Assembly: GCA_009914755.4 (NCBI GenBank)
Contig: CP068257.2
Location: 31,360,001 to 31,424,000 of the forward strand
Direction of reading: 5' to 3'
DNA length: 64,000 nt
DNA from: the human T2T-CHM13v2.0 reference genome, Homo sapiens
Shown here: one piece after another, positions 27,830 to 37,357 of the stretch
Layout of the letters: every line of letters begins with the position of its first letter
Position numbering within the stretch: position 1 is the stretch's first letter
Translations under genes and position numbers: made by a program
Notes under the pieces: model-generated
Databases searched by the model: none
What the model was told of the DNA's origin: nothing
What the model saw: the letters and a program-made list of their open reading frames with translations, nothing else

Positions 27830-28620
27830 GACCTCACTGGAAAGAGGCGGGCGGGCGCGGGGAGCCTTCCTGAGGTTCCTGGTTCTCAAGAGCCGGGTGT
27901 AAGGAAGGAAAATCAAAGATTGAATTTAGATGTATGTATTGGAGGGGAATATTGGAGGAAGGGGGAGCAGGGGAGCACGCCCAGCCTCCTCTCCTGTCTT
28001 TCCCGCCCCCTTGTCTAAACTCAAAACCGAGTCCGGGCGCGCCTTGCAGGGCGCCCGAGCTCTGCAGCGGCGTTGCGGGCTGAACCCATCCGGCACAAAC
28101 TGCGGGCCACTGGCCCCTCACACCTGGGAGTTTGCGGCGCTGGCCTGCAGCCCGGGGCCCACGTGGCGGAAGCTTTCCCGGGCGCGCGCTGCGCAGCCCC
28201 GCGGGGCCGGGGAGACACCGCTCGGGAGTCCTCCGCTCGGCTGCAGAATCTTTATCAGCTGCACTTTACCGCAGCCCTGGCTAGGACGCTAGGCGGTGGA
28301 GCGCCCTATCCAGGTGCGCCGCCGCACCATGGATCACCGCGCCCGGTCCCGCAGTCCCGCCATGGCCTGGGGAGGCCCGAAGCCCGGGGACAGTGGCCGG
28401 CCCATCTCCGGCTCCGCGGACCCCCGGCTCAGGCGGGAGGGCAGGCGGGTCCCTGCAGGCCCCCAGGGAGCCCGGGAGCCTCTCTCTGGCGTCATTCAGT
28501 CCCGGGGCAACCTGAAGCGCGGTAGATATTGGAGAGGGGGCGTCTGTTGGGGGGACCTGGCGTCATTACTGATGGCTAGCAGGGAGGAGGGAACGGGTTG
28601 TCACCTCGGCCTCATAAGGC
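27830..28620. promoter_or_regulatory. Distal CpG island about 6.3 kb upstream of the OLIG2 TATA box. It may be an alternative or non-coding TSS, or a Polycomb-type regulatory island.
   Basis: The GC content is very high and CpG dinucleotides are dense ('ggcgggcgggcgcgggg', 'cgggcgcgccttgcagggcgcccgagctctgcagcggcgttgcggg', 'cccgggcgcgcgctgcgcagccccgcggggccgggg'). No Alu or L1 lies inside it. Confidence 0.6.
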
Positions 28621-30769
28621 CGTGAGTGAGTAGTCCAGGGCCTCTTCAGGCATTTTTGAAACTGGATTAACTAGGGGGGAAATTGTAGCACTGAAGCCAC
28701 CGTGACTGTCTTTTGCGCTGTGTGGAAACTCCGGTAAAACTCTTTGGGCAACAGTCTTATCACCAGCTCTTCAACGTGTGCAGCCCTTCTGGTCCTGTCC
28801 CTGTTCTGGGCCCCAGGAATGCAAAGCAGGTCCAGGCACTGTGAAGACCCTGGCGGTGGAGGAAGAGGCTTCCCGGCTGTGGAGGAAGCCAGACCCTTAC
28901 AACACAAGACGAGAACCAGACCTGCGTGGGGGAGCTCTGGATGCTACAGGGGCTCAAGGAGGGGTGGAGGGGCCTTCCCAGGCCAACCCCTGAACGGCTT
29001 GGACAAGATGCTCAGATGGACGGGAGGAACGGCGTGTGGGATGGGGGAGCTGGAGGCGGGTGGGTGGGGGGGGGAGGATGGGGAAAGCGCTGGCCCACCC
29101 AGTGTGGGAGGGGTAGAGGAAAAGCCCGCAGGGGCCAGGTTGGGACCCCGTAGGCCGGGTTAGAGGGCTTGGACTTGATCCTGACAGGCGACAGGGAGAC
29201 ATATTGCTACTTATTATGTGCACAGTGGCCAGATCTCTAAAGAAAACACCATCCCCCACCCCCACCCCCCATATAGTAAACCAGGTGGTCCGCCCAGTGC
29301 TCCCAGGGAGGTGATGGGAAATCCCACTCCATACCCTGCGGTGAGGGGTTCCATGCCCTCCACGTGTGCAACTACTCCGGGCCCAGGGAAACACTGGGCC
29401 CCATCCGGTAACCCCCGGCCCAGTCGGGTTTCCCAGTTCACATTATAACCAAACGGTCTTGCCAGCTAGACAGACAGACACCCCTGACCTGTTTACCCTG
29501 ATCCTCTGCTCTCAGGATTAATCACAACTTGTCGAAGGGGGTGGCTTCCAGTGGGGTGGACCGCTCTGTCAATGCCAGCGTGTGTCTAGCATCTCCTGGG
29601 GTGGGGGTGTGGGGAAGGGAGGTGTAGGATGAAGCCCTAGAAGCCTCAGGCAATTGTGATCCGGTGGGCTGGATACTGAAGCCCACCCCTGCCTTGACCT
29701 CAATTTTCAGTATCTTCATCTGTAAAATGGGAACAACCTGCCTTCCTCCTAGCCCTAAAGGGGCTGCTGTCAAGATTGGCTGAGATAGCTGTTTGCAAGC
29801 TGAGCTCAATGAAAGTTCATTGTGTCCCCCTCAGTCCTATCCCAATATCGTCTCACTGCAAAGGTGGGGGGCAGCTTAACTTCAAGGGCACTTCAAGGAT
29901 AGCCAGGTGGCTGTCAGCCCAGCTTTCCAGGATGGGAGCAGGATCTTGACAGAAGGGTTGACTGGGAGGGGCAGTTGCTGGTTTGGGCTTCGTTAGGTTG
30001 CATTTTTGTTTGTTGTCCTTTCATTTCCCTGGGGCAGCACCCCTTCCTGCAAGCTCCAGGCCTTCCTCTGGAATGCTCCTAGAGCCCAACCTCTGCTGGT
30101 GCCTGAGCTTAAGCCAGGCCAGCTAAGGGGATCCTGGATTCACACGGCCTCACAGTCACTCAGATTGTTAGCAGAAGACAAAAATTACAAGGGGAGGGCG
30201 TCATGTGATTCTTACACACCCTCCAAATCCAGCAGACACCTTGGAAGCCACAGGTAGCTTCAAGAAACCCATTTTACGGATGAGAACCTGAGATGGAGAA
30301 AGGACAACTGGAGATCTCTGAGTCTCTGAGCCCACACTCCCTACCTCCCTGCACCTCCAGGCACTCTGCTGGCAGGATCTTGGGCAAATGCCCACAGCTC
30401 TCTGAGAGTCAGTTTTCCTGTCTGTAAAATGGGAGTCATACCTTCCTCCTATGGCCGGTGAGAGACTAAATTAAACTATGTCTGTCAAGACACCTGAAAC
30501 TCCTGGCACAATTTAGGTTGCCTTCAAGTGGTCACAGTTGTCATTAGGTGGAAGTCAACACCCCAATCATTGTAAAGGTGCCCATATACCCCAAGATCCA
30601 GATTACAGCTCTCACAGTTTATTATATACAGCGAAAAAACACATAACACACCTTTGCCCACATTTACATGTATTTTACGGACCATGTTTCACATCAGTCC
30701 GCATGCACATCTGCACGTGTGTGCATTCGGCAGTATTTACCAAGCACCTGCCAAGTGCCAGGGCCTGTC

Positions 30770-32250
30770 CTCCGCACCCGGCGTGAACTGTCCTGGACCA
30801 GTCCCGGGAGCCGCGGTTCTGACCAGCCGTGCTGACCCTGGACGACTCCATGAGCTGTTTTGTGAGAAAGACACGCCATTTGTTTGCAGAGTTCTGACTT
30901 CTGAGGGGTCATGTAGCACATGTTTGGTAGCCAAACGCTGTCATTCACGACCAGGAGCGATGGCTGCAATGCCTTTTTCTTTGCTTTGCTTTCCGGTGCC
31001 GGGAGCCTTGCCTCCCGCCGCCACCCCTGGTCAGCTCTGCGCAAGAACGTCGTTCTGTTTGGCAGCCAGGCCGAGACGCAGCCTGAATGTGAGCAGGAAC
31101 TCGGAGAAGGGAAGGGAGAGAATCAGAAAGAAGGCCCGGGAGGGACCCGGGAAGCAGTGGGAGGTCTGCGCCCTGGAGCCCCGCGAGAGCCCGCCGGTTT
31201 GGCACGGGCTCCTCCCGGGCCGCCCGGCGGTCCAACAAAGGCCGGCCCCGACACGCACCCGGTCTTTTGTGGGAGAGAAACACAAAGAAGAGGGAAAAAC
31301 ACGGAGGAGGCCAACAGCACCAGGACGCGGGGGCCAACCAGGAACTCCCGGAGCCGGGGCCCATTAGCCTCTGCAAATGAGCACTCCATTCCCCAGGAAG
31401 GGGCCCCAGCTGCGCGCGCTGGTGGGAACCGCAGTGCCTGGGACCCGCCCAGGTCGCCCACCCCGGGCGCCGGGCGCAGGACCCGGACAAGTCCTGGGGA
31501 CGCCTCCAGGACGCACCAGGGCAAGCTTGGGCACCGGGATCTAATTTCTAGTTATTCCTGGGACGGGGTGGGGAGGCATAGGAGACACACCGAGAGGTAC
31601 TCAGCATCCGATTGGCACCAGGGCCAAGGGAGCCCAGGGGCGACACAGACCTCCCCGACCTCCCAAGCTACTCCGGCGACGGGAGGATGTTGAGGGAAGC
31701 CTGCCAGGTGAAGAAGGGGCCAGCAGCAGCACAGAGCTTCCGACTTTGCCTTCCAGGCTCTAGACTCGCGCCATGCCAAGACGGGCCCCTCGACTTTCAC
31801 CCCTGACTCCCAACTCCAGCCACTGGACCGAGCGCGCAAAGAACCTGAGACCGCTTGCTCTCACCGCCGCAAGTCGGTCGCAGGACAGACACCAGTGGGC
31901 AGCAACAAAAAAAGAAACCGGGTTCCGGGACACGTGCCGGCGGCTGGACTAACCTCAGCGGCTGCAACCAAGGAGCGCGCACGTTGCGCCTGCTGGTGTT
32001 TATTAGCTACACTGGCAGGCGCACAACTCCGCGCCCCGACTGGTGGCCCCACAGCGCGCACCACACATGGCCTCGCTGCTGTTGGCGGGGTAGGCCCGAA
32101 GGAGGCATCTACAAATGCCCGAGCCCTTTCTGATCCCCACCCCCCCGCTCCCTGCGTCGTCCGAGTGACAGATTCTACTAATTGAACGGTTATGGGTCAT
32201 CCTTGTAACCGTTGGACGACATAACACCACGCTTCAGTTCTTCATGTTTT
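30770..32250. promoter_or_regulatory. Promoter-distal CpG-rich block about 3.3 to 1.8 kb upstream of the OLIG2 TSS.
   Basis: The block is CpG-dense ('cacccggcgtgaactgtcctggaccagtcccgggagccgcgg', 'gccgcccggcggtcc', 'cccgggcgccgggcgcaggacccgg', 'gcgcgcacgttgcgcc'). It contains TAAT-core sites and an 8-bp palindrome AACGGTTA(N12)TAACCGTT at 32186-32213. Confidence 0.55.
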
Positions 32251-33839
32251 AAATACATATTTAACGGATGGCTGCAGAGCCAGCTGGGAAACACGCGGAT
32301 TGAAAAATAATGCTCCAGAAGGCACGAGACTGGGGCGAAGGCGAGAGCGGGCTGGGCTTCTAGCGGAGACCGCAGAGGGAGACATATCTCAGAACTAGGG
32401 GCAATAACGTGGGTTTCTCTTTGTATTTGTTTATTTTGTAACTTTGCTACTTGAAGACCAATTATTTACTATGCTAATTTGTTTGCTTGTTTTTAAAACC
32501 GTACTTGCACAGTAAAAGTTCCCCAACAACGGAAGTAACCCGACGTTCCTCACACTCCCTAGGAGACTGTGTGCGTGTGTGCCCGCGCGTGCGCTCACAG
32601 TGTCAAGTGCTAGCATCCGAGATCTGCAGAAACAAATGTCTGAATTCGAAATGTATGGGTGTGAGAAATTCAGCTCGGGGAAGAGATTAGGGACTGGGGG
32701 AGACAGGTGGCTGCCTGTACTATAAGGAACCGCCAACGCCAGCATCTGTAGTCCAAGCAGGGCTGCTCTGTAAAGGCTTAGCAATTTTTTCTGTAGGCTT
32801 GCTGCACACGGTCTCTGGCTTTTCCCATCTGTAAAATGGGTGAATGCATCCGTACCTCAGCTACCTCCGTGAGGTGCTTCTCCAGTTCGGGCTTAATTCC
32901 TCATCGTCAAGAGTTTTCAGGTTTCAGAGCCAGCCTGCAATCGGTAAAACATGTCCCAACGCGGTCGCGAGTGGTTCCATCTCGCTGTCTGGCCCACAGC
33001 GTGGAGAAGCCTTGCCCAGGCCTGAAACTTCTCTTTGCAGTTCCAGAAAGCAGGCGACTGGGACGGAAGGCTCTTTGCTAACCTTTTACAGCGGAGCCCT
33101 GCTTGGACTACAGATGCCAGCGTTGCCCCTGCCCCAAGGCGTGTGGTGATCACAAAGACGACACTGAAAATACTTACTATCATCCGGCTCCCCTGCTAAT
33201 AAATGGAGGGGTGTTTAACTACAGGCACGACCCTGCCCTTGTGCTAGCGCGGTTACCGTGCGGAAATAACTCGTCCCTGTACCCACACCATCCTCAACCT
33301 AAAGGAGAGTTGTGAATTCTTTCAAAACACTCTTCTGGAGTCCGTCCCCTCCCTCCTTGCCCGCCCTCTACCCCTCAAGTCCCTGCCCCCAGCTGGGGGC
33401 GCTACCGGCTGCCGTCGGAGCTGCAGCCACGGCCATCTCCTAGACGCGCGAGTAGAGCACCAAGATAGTGGGGACTTTGTGCCTGGGCATCGTTTACATT
33501 TGGGGCGCCAAATGCCCACGTGTTGATGAAACCAGTGAGATGGGAACAGGCGGCGGGAAACCAGACAGAGGAAGAGCTAGGGAGGAGACCCCAGCCCCGG
33601 ATCCTGGGTCGCCAGGGTTTTCCGCGCGCATCCCAAAAGGTGCGGCTGCGTGGGGCATCAGGTTAGTTTGTTAGACTCTGCAGAGTCTCCAAACCATCCC
33701 ATCCCCCAACCTGACTCTGTGGTGGCCGTATTTTTTACAGAAATTTGACCACGTTCCCTTTCTCCCTTGGTCCCAAGCGCGCTCAGCCCTCCCTCCATCC
33801 CCCTTGAGCCGCCCTTCTCCTCCCCCTCGCCTCCTCGGG

Positions 33840-34110
33840 TCCCTCCTCCAGTCCCTCCCCAAGAATCTCCCGGCCACGGGCGCCCATTGGTTGTGCGCAG
33901 GGAGGAGGCGTGTGCCCGGCCTGGCGAGTTTCATTGAGCGGAATTAGCCCGGATGACATCAGCTTCCCAGCCCCCCGGCGGGCCCAGCTCATTGGCGAGG
34001 CAGCCCCTCCAGGACACGCACATTGTTCCCCGCCCCCGCCCCCGCCACCGCTGCCGCCGTCGCCGCTGCCACCGGGCTATAAAAACCGGCCGAGCCCCTA
34101 AAGGTGCGGA
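33840..34110 (+). promoter_or_regulatory. OLIG2: OLIG2 core and proximal promoter. TATA box TATAAAAA is at 34078-34085. GC boxes 'ccccgcccccgcccccgcc' are at 34027-34045. Two inverted CCAAT boxes (ATTGG) are at 33876-33880 and 33991-33995. A SOX-like CATTGTT is at 34021-34027.
   Basis: These motifs are read directly from the sequence. The TATA box lies ~30 bp upstream of the inferred exon 1 start, inside a CpG island. Confidence 0.75.
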
Positions 34111-34199
34111 TGCTTATTATAGATCGACGCGACACCAGCGCCCGGTGCCAGGTTCTCCCCTGAGGCTTTTCGGAGCGAGCTCCTCAAATCGCATCCAGA
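34110..34199 (+). other. OLIG2: OLIG2 exon 1, non-coding 5'UTR. The 5' end is inferred at about TATA+30. The 3' end is at the GT donor 'ccaga|gtaagtg'.
   Basis: The consensus donor GTAAGT sits at 34200-34205. This matches the known two-exon structure of OLIG2, with the whole CDS in exon 2. The TSS position is approximate. Confidence 0.6.
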
Positions 34200-34890
34200 G
34201 TAAGTGTCCCCGCCCCACAGCAGCCGCAGCCTAGATCCCAGGGACAGACTCTCCTCAACTCGGCTGTGACCCAGAATGCTCCGATACAGGGGGTCTGGAT
34301 CCCTACTCTGCGGGCCATTTCTCCAGAGCGACTTTGCTCTTCTGTCCTCCCCACACTCACCGCTGCATCTCCCTCACCAAAAGCGAGAAGTCGGAGCGAC
34401 AACAGCTCTTTCTGCCCAAGCCCCAGTCAGCTGGTGAGCTCCCCGTGGTCTCCAGATGCAGCACATGGACTCTGGGCCCCGCGCCGGCTCTGGGTGCATG
34501 TGCGTGTGCGTGTGTTTGCTGCGTGGTGTCGATGGAGATAAGGTGGATCCGTTTGAGGAACCAAATCATTAGTTCTCTATCTAGATCTCCATTCTCCCCA
34601 AAGAAAGGCCCTCACTTCCCACTCGTTTATTCCAGCCCGGGGGCTCAGTTTTCCCACACCTAACTGAAAGCCCGAAGCCTCTAGAATGCCACCCGCACCC
34701 CGAGGGTCACCAACGCTCCCTGAAATAACCTGTTGCATGAGAGCAGAGGGGAGATAGAGAGAGCTTAATTATAGGTACCCGCGTGCAGCTAAAAGGAGGG
34801 CCAGAGATAGTAGCGAGGGGGACGAGGAGCCACGGGCCACCTGTGCCGGGACCCCGCGCTGTGGTACTGCGGTGCAGGCGGGAGCAGCTT

Positions 34891-34970
34891 TTCTGTCTCT
34901 CACTGACTCACTCTCTCTCTCTCTCCCTCTCTCTCTCTCTCATTCTCTCTCTTTTCTCCTCCTCTCCTGG
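34891..34970 (+). repeat. (CT)n-rich polypyrimidine tract of ~80 nt at the 3' end of OLIG2 intron 1, immediately before the acceptor AG at 34972-34973.
   Basis: The sequence reads 'ttctgtctctcactgactcactctctctctctctccctctctctctctctcattctctctcttttctcctcctctcctgg|aag'. Confidence 0.9.
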
Positions 34971-35035
34971 AAGTTTTCGGGTCCGAGGGAAGGAGGACCC
35001 TGCGAAAGCTGCGACGACTATCTTCCCCTGGGGCC

Positions 35036-36007
35036 ATGGACTCGGACGCCAGCCTGGTGTCCAGCCGCCCGTCGTCGCCAGAGCCCGATGACCTTTTTCT
35101 GCCGGCCCGGAGTAAGGGCAGCAGCGGCAGCGCCTTCACTGGGGGCACCGTGTCCTCGTCCACCCCGAGTGACTGCCCGCCGGAGCTGAGCGCCGAGCTG
35201 CGCGGCGCTATGGGCTCTGCGGGCGCGCATCCTGGGGACAAGCTAGGAGGCAGTGGCTTCAAGTCATCCTCGTCCAGCACCTCGTCGTCTACGTCGTCGG
35301 CGGCTGCGTCGTCCACCAAGAAGGACAAGAAGCAAATGACAGAGCCGGAGCTGCAGCAGCTGCGTCTCAAGATCAACAGCCGCGAGCGCAAGCGCATGCA
35401 CGACCTCAACATCGCCATGGATGGCCTCCGCGAGGTCATGCCGTACGCACACGGCCCTTCGGTGCGCAAGCTTTCCAAGATCGCCACGCTGCTGCTGGCG
35501 CGCAACTACATCCTCATGCTCACCAACTCGCTGGAGGAGATGAAGCGACTGGTGAGCGAGATCTACGGGGGCCACCACGCTGGCTTCCACCCGTCGGCCT
35601 GCGGCGGCCTGGCGCACTCCGCGCCCCTGCCCGCCGCCACCGCGCACCCGGCAGCAGCAGCGCACGCCGCACATCACCCCGCGGTGCACCACCCCATCCT
35701 GCCGCCCGCCGCCGCAGCGGCTGCTGCCGCCGCTGCAGCCGCGGCTGTGTCCAGCGCCTCTCTGCCCGGATCCGGGCTGCCGTCGGTCGGCTCCATCCGT
35801 CCACCGCACGGCCTACTCAAGTCTCCGTCTGCTGCCGCGGCCGCCCCGCTGGGGGGCGGGGGCGGCGGCAGTGGGGCGAGCGGGGGCTTCCAGCACTGGG
35901 GCGGCATGCCCTGCCCCTGCAGCATGTGCCAGGTGCCGCCGCCGCACCACCACGTGTCGGCTATGGGCGCCGGCAGCCTGCCGCGCCTCACCTCCGACGC
36001 CAAGTGA
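35036..36007 (+). CDS. OLIG2: Oligodendrocyte transcription factor 2 (OLIG2), a class B bHLH transcription factor of 323 aa. The bHLH domain (basic region [16 protein letters not shown], helix-loop-helix through EEMKRL) spans approximately 35354-35551.
   Basis: The ORF translation '[21 protein letters not shown]...[66 protein letters not shown]...polyAla...[33 protein letters not shown]' matches human OLIG2 as I recall it. The ORF is single-exon and uninterrupted, with an ATG in strong Kozak context and a TGA stop. Confidence 0.97.
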
Positions 36008-37324
36008 GCCGACTGGCGCCGGCGCGTTCTGGCGACAGGGGAGCCAGGGGCCGCGGGGAAGCGAGGACTGGCCTGCGCTGGGCTCGGGAGCTCTGTCGCG
36101 AGGAGGGGCGCAGGACCATGGACTGGGGGTGGGGCATGGTGGGGATTCCAGCATCTGCGAACCCAAGCAATGGGGGCGCCCACAGAGCAGTGGGGAGTGA
36201 GGGGATGTTCTCTCCGGGACCTGATCGAGCGCTGTCTGGCTTTAACCTGAGCTGGTCCAGTAGACATCGTTTTATGAAAAGGTACCGCTGTGTGCATTCC
36301 TCACTAGAACTCATCCGACCCCCGACCCCCACCTCCGGGAAAAGATTCTAAAAACTTCTTTCCCTGAGAGCGTGGCCTGACTTGCAGACTCGGCTTGGGC
36401 AGCACTTCGGGGGGGGAGGGGGTGTTATGGGAGGGGGACACATTGGGGCCTTGCTCCTCTTCCTCCTTTCTTGGCGGGTGGGAGACTCCGGGTAGCCGCA
36501 CTGCAGAAGCAACAGCCCGACCGCGCCCTCCAGGGTCGTCCCTGGCCCAAGGCCAGGGGCCACAAGTTAGTTGGAAGCCGGCGTTCGGTATCAGAAGCGC
36601 TGATGGTCATATCCAATCTCAATATCTGGGTCAATCCACACCCTCTTAGAACTGTGGCCGTTCCTCCCTGTCTCTCGTTGATTTGGGAGAATATGGTTTT
36701 CTAATAAATCTGTGGATGTTCCTTCTTCAACAGTATGAGCAAGTTTATAGACATTCAGAGTAGAACCACTTGTGGATTGGAATAACCCAAAACTGCCGAT
36801 TTCAGGGGCGGGTGCATTGTAGTTATTATTTTAAAATAGAAACTACCCCACCGACTCATCTTTCCTTCTCTAAGCACAAAGTGATTTGGTTATTTTGGTA
36901 CCTGAGAACGTAACAGAATTAAAAGGCAGTTGCTGTGGAAACAGTTTGGGTTATTTGGGGGTTCTGTTGGCTTTTTAAAATTTTCTTTTTTGGATGTGTA
37001 AATTTATCAATGATGAGGTAAGTGCGCAATGCTAAGCTGTTTGCTCACGTGACTGCCAGCCCCATCGGAGTCTAAGCCGGCTTTCCTCTATTTTGGTTTA
37101 TTTTTGCCACGTTTAACACAAATGGTAAACTCCTCCACGTGCTTCCTGCGTTCCGTGCAAGCCGCCTCGGCGCTGCCTGCGTTGCAAACTGGGCTTTGTA
37201 GCGTCTGCCGTGTAACACCCTTCCTCTGATCGCACCGCCCCTCGCAGAGAGTGTATCATCTGTTTTATTTTTGTAAAAACAAAGTGCTAAATAATATTTA
37301 TTACTTGTTTGGTTGCAAAAACGG

Positions 37325-37357
37325 AATAAATGACTGAGTGTTGAGATTTTAAATAAA
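37325..37357 (+). terminator. OLIG2: OLIG2 polyadenylation signals. AATAAA is at 37325-37330 and 37352-37357, with a downstream GU-rich 'ccgtgtgcc'.
   Basis: The canonical hexamers lie ~1.32-1.35 kb after the stop codon and are followed by a GT-rich element. This fits an OLIG2 mRNA of about 2.4-2.5 kb. Confidence 0.65.

Noticed and set aside
30654-31693. Two long plus-strand ORFs, 30654..31367 (237 aa) and 30920..31693 (257 aa), upstream of OLIG2.
   Set aside because: They lie in a CpG-rich block and translate to Arg/Pro/Gly/Ala-rich low-complexity sequence with no recognisable domain. Long stop-free frames are expected by chance at this GC content. There is no splice or Kozak support.
34900-36297. 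Long minus-strand ORFs overlapping OLIG2: 34900..35505 (201 aa), 35264..35809 (181 aa) and 35674..36297 (207 aa).
   Set aside because: They are antisense to a verified CDS in extremely GC-rich DNA. Their composition is dominated by Arg, Gly, Ala and Pro. They are classic GC-driven shadow ORFs.
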